Assembly (NCBI RefSeq): GCF_030028105.1
Contig: NC_092373.1
Coordinates: forward strand, 147,041,556-147,105,555
Length of the DNA stretch: 64,000 bases
Direction: 5' to 3'
Origin: Mobula birostris
Taxonomy: Eukaryota
Below are positions 14,591 to 28,074 of the stretch, piece after piece. The number at the start of each line of letters is the position of its first letter. The stretch's first letter is position 1. The position numbers were made by a program, and so were the translations under genes. The notes beneath the pieces are model-generated. The model had not been told where the DNA came from. It did not search any database and was given only the letters and a program-made list of their open reading frames with translations.

Positions 14591-14689
14591 GAAACCAGTT
14601 CCAGCCAAAGTCCCTACACCTCCTCCTTCACCACCATCTAGGCCTCAAACAGCCTCATTCACATACATTACTTTGTTAATGGCAAGACA

Positions 14690-15387
14690 CTTAACAGTGT
14701 TGATGTGCAGAGTCCAAGTCTGTAATTCCCTGAAAGTTGTTACACAGTTTGATAAAGTGGTAAATATGACATTTTTGCCTTATTTGTTGAGATACTGAGT
14801 TCAAGTGTCTGGAAATTATGTTGCACATTTATGAAACTCCAGTTAGGCTGCATCTAGGGTACTGCATTCAGTTCTGGTCAAAGCATCACAGGGAAGATGT
14901 CGAGGGTTTGGAGAGGATGCAGAAGATGTTAACCAGGATGTTGTCTGAGTTAAACGGCTGGTGCTGTAAAAAGTGATTAGACAAACATCAGTTGCTATAT
15001 CTGGAGTGGGTGAGACTGGTGAGATAAAAGATTATGAGAAGCATAGATGAATAGACAACCAGTAACTTCTTCCCAGGACTGTAATATCTAATACTCGAGG
15101 GCACTTAAGGTGAGAGGGAGCAAGTTCAAATGAGATGTACGGGCCAGAGTTTTAAATCAGAGAGTAGTGGATGCCCAGAGTGGTGGCAGCTTTGTGTATG
15201 ATAGAGGCATTCAGGAGGTCTTGAATAGGCAAATGAACGTGTAGGAAATAGAAGGATATGGAGATTGTGTAGGAGAATGAATTGGTTCAATTGGGCATTT
15301 GGTTACTAACTTAATAATTTCAGAACATCACCCTGGACTGAAGGACCTGTTCTGGTGCTGCAATATTTTATGTTCTATGTTCTATTT
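14690..15387 (+). mobile_element. CR1 LINE 3' fragment
   Basis: Similar to the 3' part of the CR1 at 39046-40490; ends in ttatgttctatgttctat. Confidence 0.8.
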
Positions 15388-15469
15388 TCTTTGAAGGGTG
15401 AGAGTGAATCGGGAAAGTTTCGACACCTTGGTTGACAAGACATGTTGAAGCTTTGGTCAAGTAAAAGAA

Positions 15470-16224
15470 GAAAGCATACACAAACAAAATGCTGCTGGAA
15501 CTCAGCAACCAGGAAGCATCTGTAGAAAAGAGTAAACACTCCATGTTTCAGGCCAACGGCCTTCATCGGGACTAGAAAAAAAAAGATGAGAAGTCAGAGT
15601 AAGAAGGTGGAGGGAGGGTTGGAGTAAAGAGCTGTGAAGTTAATTGGTGAAAGAGAAAAAGGGCCAGAGAAGGGGGAAGCTGATAGGGAGGGTAGAAGAC
15701 CATAGAAGAAAGGGAAGGGGGAGGAGCACTTGAGGGAGGTGATGGACAAGTAAGGAGATAAGGTGAGAGAGGGAAATGGGAATGGGGAATAGTGAAGGAG
15801 GAGAGGGGAGGCATTACTGGAAGTTCGAGAAATCGATGTTCATGCCATCAGTTTGGGGGCTACCCAGATGGAATATAGGGTGCTTCTCCTCCAACCTGAG
15901 TGTGGCCTCATTACAACAGTAGAGGAAGCCATGGACTGACATGTCAGAATAGGAATGGGAAGTAGAATTGAAATGGGTAGCCACTGGAGATCCCACTTTT
16001 TCCAGCGGACAGAGCACGATTGCTCGACGAAGCGGTCTCCCAATCTATGTCGGGTCTCACCAATATACTGGAAGCCGCACTGGGAGCACCAGGTACAGTA
16101 GATGGCCCCAAAAGACTCAGAGGTGAAGTGTTGCCTCACCTGGAAGAACTGTTTGTGGCCCTGATTGGGAGTGAGGGAGGAAGTGTAGGGGCAGGTGTGG
16201 CACTTGTTCTGCTTGCAAGGATAT
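15470..16224 (-). mobile_element. Penelope-like element, interrupted by a Gypsy element and resuming at 20979-21110
   Basis: ORF 15840-16247(-) has GIY-YIG text AIYCTWCSQCGFQYIGETRHRLGDRF; PVATHFNS; continuation matches 53980-54050. Confidence 0.88.
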
Positions 16225-16404
16225 TGCAATGACCAGCCCTTTAGCACTACATATCGATCTGTTTGTGCATGTACTGTTGTCTACACATGTGCACTGATCG
16301 CTCTTTCTCTTCCTCTCACTGTACTGTGAATACACCAGTTAAAGCCATCTCCTATATCCGTGCTTTTATTTAAAATATATGTAGTTGTTTTTTCAGACAC
16401 AACT
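16225..16404 (+). repeat. 5' LTR, missing its first ~30 bp
   Basis: Matches the 3' LTR from gcaatgac through tgtgaatacaccagtt..gccatctcc..cagacacaac. Confidence 0.85.
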
Positions 16405-16585
16405 AACTAGTGACGGGTATGAACCTGAATGTCAGATAATATCAGCAACAGCACTAACAGTTAGAAGATGAAACAGTGAGAGTAAAACAGCATGACAAGG
16501 CTGTCATGGATGCTAACAACCGTGTGACTACAGTGCATAGTAACAGTGAAACATACATTGAACTTAAAGTGAAAATAATGTGGCA

Positions 16586-19500
16586 ATGACTTTAGTTAGG
16601 TAAGTTGATGAATTTGATAGTGCTAATGAGGGCTGGGAGTCATATATTGAGAGGGTTGAACAGTACTGTAACGTGGACAATGTGGAGGAGCAAAAGAAAG
16701 CCCCTGCACTTCTTAGTTTAATGGGTGCAAGGACGTATAGTCTCTTATACAACCTAGTAATCCCCGAGAAGCCAGCAAGCAAGACATTCACTGAAATTGT
16801 TACAATTTTACAAAATCTCTTGAGCCCTAAGCTGCTGGTAATAACTGGGAGATTTAGATTTTACAAAATGAACCAGTCAAAAGATGAAAGCCTTTCTGAA
16901 TACATTGCAGAACTGCACAAACTCTCCCAGTACTGTGGCTTTAGAGGTGGACTTTCTGATGCATTAAGGTATAGGCTTGTATGTGGCATACATAGTTAAA
17001 GCACTCTAAAGAAGCTACTGTCCGAAAGAGACCTAACCTTAAAACGGGCATTGACCATTGCAATATCGTTAGAGACATCAGTAAAGGATGCAGCAAAAGG
17101 AGGTTAGAATGTGAAAGGCATAGTATGTCTCTGAATGGTGCAAGAAGCCAAGGATGTCATTGATATGACAAATCCTCCCATGATACAAATGACTATTGGT
17201 TCAAAGAAAAAGTCTGCAGAAAGTGTCACAGATAAGGTCACATAGAGAGAATGGGCAAGGAAGGCAAAAAAACACAACTGAGTGAAAGGTCTCAAACAAA
17301 AAACTAAGCAAGCGCATGAAGTGTCTGAATATAAAACAGAATCAGACAGCATAGAGTCTGACAAAGGTGAACTGTCACGCTCAGAACCGTATAGTATAAC
17401 TGAAGCAGATCACAAAATCATCTGGATCAGAAGAGATGTGTTTGGTGTAAAACTGAAAATGAAGCTGGATACAGGTTCAGCTTTGTCCATAATTCCAGAG
17501 GCTGACTATAACAGATTGTTTTCTAAGAAACCATTAGGGAAGAGCTCAGTGATGCTGAAGACTTACACAGGCAAAAAAATGTCTCCCAAAGGCAAACTGA
17601 AAGTAAGTGTGATGAACAGAAGCCAAACACAACAATTAAAGCTTTATGTTTTGAAAAGTGGAGGGTCAGCACTCTTTGGACGTGAATGGTTGAGAAAAAT
17701 CCAACTAAACTGGGACTCATTCAAGGCTCTCAGTGTGACATCAACAGGCAACAACAGCCCAAACAGTAGCGCTAACCAGAGACCGGCACAGCTGCTTAAT
17801 GCTAGTGAGAAGGTGTTTGAGAAGGGGATTGGTAAACTCAAAGATATGAAGACCAGAATTGATCTGGATGAAACAGCAACATCAAGATTCCATAAAGTGA
17901 GTCTAGTGCCTTACATACTACATCCTAAAGTGGATTCTGAACTGCAGAGCTTGGAGGTGTCTGGAATTCTCTCCAGAGCTGATTGGAGTGACAGGGGCAC
18001 ACCCATTGTCCTGGTAATCAAGAAAGGGAAGGCTGGAGCCATTCACATATGTGGGGATTTCAACGTGAGCATCAATCCGGTGCCATGTACTGTGCAGTAT
18101 ACCCTGCCACGAATAGAAGACATTTTTGCATCTCTGGCAGGCGGGACAGATTGACTTGTCTCAAGCCTATCTGCAAATGGAGATTGAGGAGTCAAGCAGG
18201 AAGTTCCTCACAATCAACACTCAAAAGGGACTATTCCAACATAATCGTCTCGCCTTTAGTATTGCATCAGGTCTAGCAGTCTAGCAAAGAGCAATGGACC
18301 AAGTGCTCCAAGATATCCCAGGAACACAATGTTACCTTGTTGACATCATTGTGACTGGAAAAAAAGATGACTAGCACTTCCAGAACCTTGGTAAAGTGCT
18401 TACCAGGCTGAGTGAGTATGCTGCACGCAAAGAGAGAGAAATGTGAGTTTTTTCAGGAATGAAATCTCATACTATGGACATGTCACTGACAAACATGACT
18501 TACATACAGTGAGTCACAAGAGAAGACTGAAGCTGTGCTACAGGTACCCAAACCGTAAAATGTGTCACAACTCAGGTCATCGTTAGGCCTTGTAAACTAC
18601 TACCACCAGTTTCTCCCAAACACTGAATGCACTGTTACAAACAGGAGCAAAGTGGGAATTATTATAAAGATGTGAAACAGCATTCAAGGAAACAATGAGA
18701 CTAATAACATCCAATGAACTGCTCACTCATTATGACCCATCCCTGTCCAACGGACTGGCATGCGATGCATTCCCTTATGGCATTGGAGCCATTTTGTCAC
18801 ATATTATGAAAGATGGATCTGATCGCCCGATTGAGTTTGCTTCAAGATCATTGACAGGCGCAGAAAGCAGCTGCACGCTGATCGACCGAGCAGCCCTTGG
18901 TCTAGTATGGGGAATAAAGAAGTTCCACTACTACCCTTATGAACAAAAGTTTATGCTAGTGATAGATCACCAGCCCCTTGTGTCCATCTTCAATCCCAAA
19001 ATGACTGCTACCCAGATATAATGATGGTGATGGCACTATTCCTTGGAGCCCACTATTACCACATAGAGTACAAAGGTACCAAGCAACACAGCTTGTCACA
19101 TCTTCCACTCCTGCAACTGAAGAAGAAAAGTCTTCATACTGTGACTCAGCAAACTGCACTGGTGGACAAGTTGCCAGTAACAAATTCCAAAATACAAAGA
19201 GAAACAAGGAATGACTTGACATTCTCTAAATTCTGTGAAACCACCTTGCAAGGAGGGCCAGCTCAGGGTAATGTTATGTTTCCAGAGATCTCAACGAGAC
19301 GAAACTAACTGTTGGTATGTCAAAGAACTCTGATGTGTGGATCCTCTGTCGTGGTTCCCTCTAAACTGCACACCAGAGTGTTAGATAATTTGTATGAAGG
19401 TCACCTGGGTACAGTCAAGATGAAGAGTCTTGCTCGGAGATACGTGTGGTGGCCAGGAATAGATAAGCAGTTTGAAGACTTGCCCAAAATTTCAAAAACC

Positions 19501-20627
19501 GCCACCATAGGCACAGTTACACCCATGGAAGTGGCTGTCCTCACCATTGACGAATAGTACATTTTGACTTTGCTGGGCCATTCCTGGAGTCCATGTTCCT
19601 GATTGCTGTGAATGCTCATTCGAGGTGGCCAGAGGTTATACCAATGAAGTCAACCACCTCAGCAAAGACTGTCTCTCCCCGAGGACTATCTTCACCAGAA
19701 ATGGCTTACCAGCATAAATTGTGAATCAGAATCAGAATCAGGTTTGTTGTCACCAGTATGTGACGTGAAATTTGTTAACTTAGCAGCAGCAGTTCAAAGC
19801 AATACATAATCTAGCAGAGACAGAGAAAAAATAATAAATAAAATAAATAAACAAGTAAATCAGTTATGTATATTGAATAGATTTAAAAAATGTGCTAAAA
19901 CAGAAATACTGTATATTTAAAAAAAAAATGAGGTAGTGTGCAAAGCTTCAATGTCCATTTAGGAATCGGGTGGCAGAGGGGAAGAAGCTGTTTCTGAATT
20001 GCTGAGTGTGCACCTTCAGGCCTCTGTATCTCCTACATGATGGTAACAGTGAGAAAAGGGCATGCCCTGGGTGCTGTGGGTGCTGTGGGTGCTGTGAGTG
20101 ACAACGGATGACAATACACTTCCGAAGAATTCAGACTGTTCATGAAGAAAAATGGCATCAGACATTTCAATTCAGCTCCTCACCACCCAGCAACGAATGG
20201 TTTATCCAAACCTTCAAGAAAGTCCATTAAAATGAAGGACAAGTGAAGCAGCAAGGAGCTTCAAAATTGGACAGGAAGTCCTAGCGTGTGATTACTGAGA
20301 AGACATGTGAACACCCAGTAGGATAATTACAAGAACTGGAGCACTGATGTTATCGGGGATGTTGAAGATCAGACATGGAGACGTCATGCGGACCAGATAC
20401 TGGATGCTCAACCGAGGAACACAGCTGAGTCGCTTGCATCTAACAAGACGGACACATTACAGTCACCGGACTTACCTCTCAGTGATGATGTCACTGACAG
20501 CAACGTGACACCAGAAACTGAGAACATTGTCTTAGATGAGACACTTACCAAACCTGAAGCCACTCCACAGGTCCAGAAGCACTATCCTGAAAGAAACAGA
20601 GCATAACCCAAAAGACCGAATCTTTAG
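16586..20627 (+). pseudogene. Gypsy gag-pol, disrupted
   Basis: gag (LLSLMGARTYSLL, RLVCG), protease LDTGS, RT (ICGDF, LPRIEDIF), RNaseH (CDAFPYGIGA, DHQPL), integrase (GHLGTVKMKSLAR..VWWPG, split IVSDNG). Confidence 0.92.
19725..20092 (-). mobile_element. 5'-truncated Rex1/Babar LINE inserted in the Gypsy integrase
   Basis: (aatcag)n tail; close match to 56933-57280; TSD tgtga at 19720-19724 and 20093-20097. Confidence 0.88.
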
Positions 20628-20753
20628 AACTGTGAAGTTAGTTATGGACTGTTACTAAGAAAGCATGTTCATTTCAAATGTGGGTTTTGAAAGAAAATTT
20701 AATGTTTTGTACATATACAGTTTTATGTTGCATTAATCTAAAGTGGGAGGAAG

Positions 20754-20858
20754 TGTAATGTATGGATCTATTTCTTTTTGAGCAATGACACCCCCTCTTA
20801 TCACTATGTATTGATCTGTTGACTGTGCATGTGCTGTTGTTTACTTACGCACGTTGTG

Positions 20859-20893
<35 letters not shown>

Positions 20894-20978
20894 GCTGCAA
20901 TGTGAATACACCAGTTTAAGCCATCTCCCACATACATGCTTTTATTTAATACATATGTTGTTGTGTACAGACATAACA
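20754..20978 (+). repeat. 3' LTR containing a (CT)n microsatellite
   Basis: tgtaatg..acataaca directly after the PPT. Confidence 0.9.
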
Positions 20979-21169
20979 GGAGTAGCATAGGGAGCGATAC
21001 CTGCGGAAAGCAGAAAGTCAGGGGGGGCGCGGTGTGAGGGAACGGTGTGCTTGGTGATGGCATAAGTTGCCGAGTATTATGTGCTGGATGTGGAAGCTAG
21101 TGGGGTGGTACATTGCATTTAGGAGATGGAAACAAGTGAATCCTTGCTATCTACAACTTGATTAAGAAT

Positions 21170-23820
21170 ACTCTTAAGATGGAAATCAGGAAAGCAAAGT
21201 GAGGATATGAGATGAATCTAACAGGTACATTATGGAAAATCTGAAGCGATTCTACAGCTATATTAAGAGAAAAAGAATGGCTAGTGAGGGAGCAGGTCTC
21301 CTTAGAGATACACAGGGTGCCTATCTTTCAAGTTCAAGTTTATAGTAATTCACCCATACATATGTATACAGCTAAATGAAAATTTGTTCCTCTAGGGCCA
21401 AGGTGCAACATATAGTATATATAGTCACGCACAACACAGTCTCTGCAGTCACAATCCAGCCTATACAATCACTAAGTAAAAGTAGCACAAGTCCTTAAGT
21501 TGTATGGCCTGAAGTCTGGCTGGAGCATGCTTATGTAAGACAGTATAATGTGGCAAGGCATTTAAACAGGGTGTGCATGTGTGCTGGGTGACAGGAGCAT
21601 GTTACAACTTTTACAGCCTGAGGGAAGAAGCTGTTACAAAGCCTAACAGTTCCGTTTCTTATGCTGCAGTACCTTGATGGCAGGAGGGCAAAGAAATTAT
21701 GAGAAGGATGGAATTAGCACATATATCAAGTAACTTCAGCTTCTGATCTTCAGATCTGAATAGGGACTGAAAATTAAGTTTAAAATGCAGCTCTGAACAA
21801 TGAGTTCCCAAGAGCCACAAGTCACAGTTAAAGGGAAGATCAGACAATGCTGATTAAAATTCATTTGTGTGTCTGTGGTGCGAAGCAGAAGGTGTAAAGG
21901 TTGTAGTTCAAAGGAAACATCTTGGATGCATTGTAGTATGGAGTTGCCTTTTGATCTTTAGCACATGAAATGTCATGTAGTGTTAGGTTGCACAGGCCTC
22001 TTTCTCTGAAAGGGGTCTCAATGTGATGCCTGGGGTGTGTCATTTTGTCAAATAAAGGCTGCCTCATATCTACCAGTACTCCTCTCCAGTGACTTTGTTC
22101 ACATGACGACAGATGTGAGGAGTCTTCAACAATGCTGGAGCCACTGTGTATGCAGCTCTTCTGAGAGAAGTCCTGGATGGGGGCGGGGGGGGGTGAGGGG
22201 AGAGACCCTGATGATGTTTCCACTAGTGTTCACTATCCCGTTGCAAAGTCTTACTGTCAAATGCTTTGCAATTCCCTTGACAGATGGTGATGCAGCTGGT
22301 CAGGACACTTGCAATGGTGCTCCAGTAGAATGTGGTGAGAATGGAGTGCGGTGGAGCCTTGCTGTGTCAATCTCCTCTGGAAGTGGAGACAATCCTGTGG
22401 TGTTAAAAAGGTGGTGTTGCGAGACCAGGTGAGATCATCAGTAATGTGCACTCGCAGAAACTTGTTGCTCCTGGCTCTTTCCACAGAGAAGCCATTGATG
22501 TGCAGTAGGGAATGGTCAGTCTGCACGTTCCTGAAGTCCACAATCATCTCTTTAGTCTTGTCAACCTTATTGTGTTTACAGCAGTTCATAAACTGCTCTA
22601 CATCCTCCCTGTATGTTGTTCCATGATTGTTGCTGATGAAGCCAACCACTGCTGTGTTGTCAGCTAACTGAATGATGTGGTTAGAACTAGACTTGACAAT
22701 ACATCATGTGTTGGCAGTATGATCAGTAGTGGGCTGAGCATGCAGCCCTGGGGAATGCCGGTGCTCAGCATGATGGAGCCAGAGATGTTGTTGTCAATAT
22801 GGTCTGTCTGTGGTCTCAGTAAGTCCAAGGTCCAGTTACAGAGGGAGGTGTTGAGACCAAATGTAAACAGTTTATCCAGCTTCTGCAGAATGATTGTATT
22901 GAATTTAGAGCTGAAGTTAATGAACAACATTCTGACATAGGAAACAGCACTGTCTGGAGGGTCAGAACTGTGTAGACGGCAGAAGCCATTGCATAGTCAA
23001 TGGGCCGATTTGGGGTAATATGCAAACTTGCGGGAGTCCAATGTAGTGAGAAAGCTGGACTTAATGCAGTTTATGACCTGCAGTTGAAGCACTTCATTGT
23101 TACTGACTGAGATCAGTGCCTCAGGATGGTAGTCATTAAGGTAGTATTTTGAGCCATAGGAGGTGGGTGGGATTTTTAGTGAGGACTACTGCTCAGTTTT
23201 ACTGAGGAGAAATTATGGTTGCTCAAGAGATAAATGAAACAATTTGGAGGACATTCACTTTACCAGGGAGGAGATATTTTCTGCCTTACAGTGCATTAAA
23301 TCAGATAAATCCCCCAGCGTCTGTCTGAGTGCATCCTCGGACTGTGTGGGTGAAATGAGCATATAGAATGCTGGCCTTCATCAGTCAGGCATTGCATATA
23401 GAAGATGAGACGTTATTGGTGAGGCTACACTTGGAGTACTGTGTAGTTTTTTGGTCATCTTTATGAAAGATGTGTTTAAATTGGAAAGAGTACAGAGAAA
23501 AATTATGGGGCATTACCAGGATGAGGGGTCTGAGTTAAAAGCAGAGTTTGCTCAAGTTAGGTCTTTATTCTTTGGAATGTAGGAGAACGAGGGGTGAAAT
23601 TATAAAAATGTTTAAAATTATGCGAGGAATAGATAAGGTAGTATGCAATTTCCACCCTCACCCCCTTCCAGGGGAGTGGGAGAGTCCAAAATTAAAGGGT
23701 ATTGATTTAGACGAAATAGGAAATATTTAAAAGTAATCTGAGGGCTAACTTCTTCTTGCACTGGGAAAAGAGTACATAGAATGAGTGGCCGAAAGAAGTG
23801 GTTGATTCAGGTATTACGGT
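21170..23820 (+). mobile_element. Old CR1 fragments (21170-21325, 23145-23820) flanking Rex1-like insertion(s)
   Basis: EIRKAK/ENLKRFY-like text; ORF 23548 LGLYSLECRRTRG. Confidence 0.6.
21327..23140 (-). mobile_element. Degenerate Rex1/Babar LINE pieces
   Basis: ttcaagttcaag tail; ORFs 22664(-) [23 protein letters not shown] and 22257(-) KTKEMIVDFR..FLRVHITDDLTW; 21660-22100 is unexplained. Confidence 0.75.
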
Positions 23821-23899
23821 ATCATGTGCAGTAGAGAGCATCCTAACATGCTGCATCACTGCTTGGTACAGAAACTGCAATCTCAGGATTGTTCTCTGT

Positions 23900-24890
23900 G
23901 CCACATGCTAGTGCAGCCAGAAGGAGTAAGACCATACAGTTTAACATGTAGCTAAGGTTTTGGTGCAGAAGGGAGGGCTTCAGGTTTTGGCTCTGTAGCT
24001 TAGAAAGAGAAGGGAAGAAGAGGAGTGCAGTAGTGATAGGGGATTCCATAGCTGGAGGAGCAGACAGGAGATTCTGTGGACATGAAAGAGACCTGGATGG
24101 TACGTTGCCTCTCAGGTGCCTGATCAGGGATTGGAACAGGTCCACGACATTCTAGAGGGGGAGAGTGAAAAGCCATAAGTTGTGGTACATATTGGTACCA
24201 ACAACATAGATAGGAAAAGGGAGGAGGTCCTGAAGAGAGAACTTAGGCAGTTAGGTAGAAAGCTAAATAGGTTAACTTGCAGGCTGAGTCACCTGTCAGG
24301 AAGCTAAATGCAATGTAAGCATTCATTTCAAGAGGATATAAAAGCAAAGATGTAATGCTGAGGCTTTATAAGGCATTGGTTTGGGACCCTTTTCTAGGAA
24401 AAGATGTGCTTGCATGGGAGAAGGTCCAGAGAAAGTTCACAACAATGATTCCAGGAATGAAATGATTAACATAACAGGTGTGTTTGATGGCTCTGGGCCT
24501 GTACTCACTAGGGGGGAATCTCAATGAAACCTCACAAATACTGAAAGGCCTAGATAGAGTGGATGTGGACAGGACATCTTCTATAATGGGGAGCCTATGA
24601 TCAGAAGGCACAGTCTCTGAATAGAGGGATGTCCATTAAGAACAGAGATGAGGAGGAACTTCTTCAACCAGAGAGAAGTGAATCTGTGGAATTCCTTGCC
24701 GCAGATGGCTGTGGAGGCAAGTCATTTGCAGATATTTAAAGCAGAGGTTCTTGATTAGTCAGGGTATCAAAGGTTATGGTGAGAAGACATTAGAATATGT
24801 TTGAGAGGGATAATAAATCTGCCATGATGGAATTGCAGATCAAACTTGATGGGCTGAATGACCTAATTCTGCTCCTATAGCTTAGGCTTT
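23900..24890 (+). mobile_element. CR1 ORF1 (SGNH esterase) remnant joined to a CR1 3' fragment
   Basis: gtgataggggattccata (VIGDSI) and gtacatattggtaccaac (VHIGTN), then a CR1 3' end. Confidence 0.75.
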
Positions 24891-25108
24891 TACAGTGTTA
24901 TGGTTAGATTACAGTTTAGTATCCTGTATCTGGGTGGGCATCTACCAGGCTCATGGTTTTAACAACAGTCAAACAAGCCCTTTACCTTCCTCCCATCCAT
25001 TCACCCACCTTTGCATGCGCACAGACAATCTCCTACTCACAGGACAAGTAGCCTCTGGGCCTTCAGTGAGCTCATGGACCTGGAATGTTGGCTTTCAACT
25101 TCTCTAGC

Positions 25109-27388
25109 TTTATATCATTCTCCTGTGGCCTCGGTCTGTACTAACTCTCTAAACTCACCTTTTTTCCCTCTTTCTCGAGGTACTCGACAAGGTTGTCCTC
25201 TTAGTCCTTTATTATTTGATATTGCATTAGAACCTCTTGCAGTTGCCATTCGAGAATCTCCAAGTATCACTGGGATAACTCGGGGCTTAAAGTCCCATAA
25301 AATATCACTCTATGCTGATGACTTACTTTTATATATTTCTAATCCTCAAAAATCCATCCCTGCTGTTTTAGAGTTATTAGCACAATTTAGTCTCTTTTCA
25401 GGTTATAAATTAAATCTTAGTAAGAGTGAACTTTTCTCGATTAATAAACAACTTCCCTTATATCATAACTTCCCGTTTAAATTGATTAATAATTATTTTT
25501 CATATCTTGGGATTAAAATTACTTATAAACACAAAGATTTATTTATGATTAACTTTTTACCCTTAATTGACCATATTATTCAACTTCCATCTAAATGGTT
25601 TCCTTTATATTTAACTTTGATTGGTCGTATTAATGCAGTTAAGATGTTTTTTTCTGCCAAAATTTCTATATATATTTCAGGCATTACTGATTTTTGTTCC
25701 AAAATCTTTTTTTGATAAAATTGACTCAAAAATTTCTTCATTTATTTGGCAAAATAAAAACCCGAGACTGGGTAAAATACATTTACAGAAAGCTAAGAGA
25801 GATGGAGGTTTAGCATTACCTAACTTTAGATTCTATTATTGGGCAATCAATATTCGACATATGAAATTTTGGTTATTTGACCAGGATATGCTATCCATTC
25901 CTAAATGGGTAGCATTGGAATTACAATCTGTTCAGGGCTATACACTTGGCTCTATTTTAGGTTCCTCTCTTCCTTTTTGATTTGAAACGCCTTAAACAGG
26001 TATCTAACCCGATAGTTAAATATACCTTACGTATTTGGTTCCAATTTAGAAATTTTTTCGATCTTAACCAATTTGGGCTAGCGATTCCTTTTTTAGGTAA
26101 CATATTTTTTCCTCCCTCTTTTACGGATCGTGCTTTTCAAATTTGGAAGACTAAGGGTATTTCACGGTTTTTGGATTTATTTTTATATGTTTCCCTTATG
26201 TCTTTTGAACAATTATCTAATAAATATAATTTATCAAGAATACATTTTTTTAGATATCTACAAGTTAGAAATTTCCTAAGTACTATACTTTTTTCTTTTC
26301 CAGTGCTTCCTCCTACATACATTTTAGATACTATAATTAACCTTAATCCGTGTCAGAAAGGTGCATCGGCTATGATTTATAATATTATTATGAAACTTAG
26401 GAAAGCTCCATTTGATAAGATTAGGGTAGATTGGGAACAGGAATTGGGGTCTATCATTTCCGTGGATGACTGGGGGCAGATTTTACAATTAGTCAATACT
26501 TCCTCTATCTGTGCTAAACATTCCCTAATTCAATTTAAAGTTGTTCATAGAGCACATATGTCCAAAGATAAATTAGCTCGCTTTTATTCTCATATTAATC
26601 CTTTTTGTGATAGATGTCCGGGGCAGATAGCCTCTTTAACTCATATGTTTTGGTCTTGTCCTACTCTGGAAACTTTTTGGAGAGACGTTTTTAATATTAT
26701 CTCAAAGGTATTGAATATAGATATCTCTCCTCACCCTATTACTGCTATCTTTGGACTACCTAAAATTTCCAGTAATCTTTCTCCTTCAGCCAGTAGAATG
26801 ATTGCATTTCTTACTTTAATGGCGAAAAGATGTATCTTACAACATTGGAAAGAGCTTAACGCTCCAACCACCTTTTTTTGGTTTTCTCAGATGATACTAT
26901 GCTTGAATTTGGAGAAAATTAGAAGCAATCTTTATGATTCCTCACTTAAATTTGAACAGACCTGGAGATCTTTTATTCAATATTTTCATTCAATGTAATT
27001 TTTTTTTTTCTCTTTTTTGCTCCATATTTATATACCCTTCTTGTTTTTTTTTTACTGTTTTTAATGGAGGTCGGGTTTGAGGACGTGATTTTAAGTTCTT
27101 TAACTCTATTTGGTTCCAAGTTAGCCCATTGCTTTGCTTTGCTTTTAGTTTAGTTGCACGGTGGGTTTTTTGGGGTTTTTTTTTCTTTTCTCTATTGATA
27201 TATATATAAAAATTAGTATACTATTACGTTACCTTAGTATGTTATGTTTAAATTACATTGTTTGTATCACTTTTTTTTCTGTATTAATATTTCCTGTAAT
27301 TTTATTATATTCTAACAGTGTATTAGTGCCTATATGGCTTACCCTTTTGTATACTTATTTAATAAAAAAGATTTAAAAAGAAAGAAAG
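25109..27388 (+). mobile_element. 5'-truncated L1-clade LINE, a second AT-rich subfamily
   Basis: GTRQGCPLSPLLF, LYADD, CDRC..HMFWSC; (aaag)n tail; TSD aacttctctagc 25097-25108 and aacttctccagc 27389-27400 (1 mismatch). Confidence 0.93.
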
Positions 27389-28074
27389 AACTTCTCCAGC
27401 AGGCTTGCAGATCCAGGGCTTTGGCTATCAGGCCTCGGCTTCCAGACATCTGATTGACCTTCAGGCTTCAATCTTCAGGACCGACCCCAAGACCTGCTGA
27501 TGGCAATGAATGAGAACTCTGGATGAGGACCCCGGAACTCCAGGCCTTGAATTCTGGACTGGTTGATGATGGGGACTGGTTGATGATGGGATCCCTAACA
27601 CTAGGCCTTGAACACCAGTCTTGCTGACTCACATACCTAGTGGCCCTGGTGACTCCTGCCCGCGTGGAATTCCAGGCCCAGAACTCACTGACCTCGTGGC
27701 TTTGGGGGCTGCGGCAGCACTTGTCCCTGCTTCTGTGCTGGTCCAACACCCAATCATGGATGTCCTTCATCACATGTCTACATCATGGCCTTTGAACTCT
27801 GAGCTTGAAGCTGTGACCTAGATTCTGGCCTGATGATAATTCCCCTACATCCCAGCCCCTAATCCCTCAACTGATCCCTAACTCCTCCTTCTGTGCTTAA
27901 AATCATCCCTGCTGATACAGGCACCATCTAGAGTGAGTTAATCTGCATACTATGAGCTGCAATTTTCTTTTGGATTGTTATCAGGCTCTTCTATTATTCG
28001 TACAAAAAAAATTTACTTTAGACTTCTGCTTGCAAAACCTCTTTTTAATTACTAATTGTGTGATACATTGGTAT

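Larger units (their letters stand above)
16225..20978 (+). mobile_element. Gypsy/Ty3 LTR retrotransposon, near full length, decayed
   Basis: 5' LTR remnant 16225-16404, PBS-like actagtgacg, gag-pol, PPT aagtgggaggaag, 3' LTR TG..CA at 20754-20978. Confidence 0.93.
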
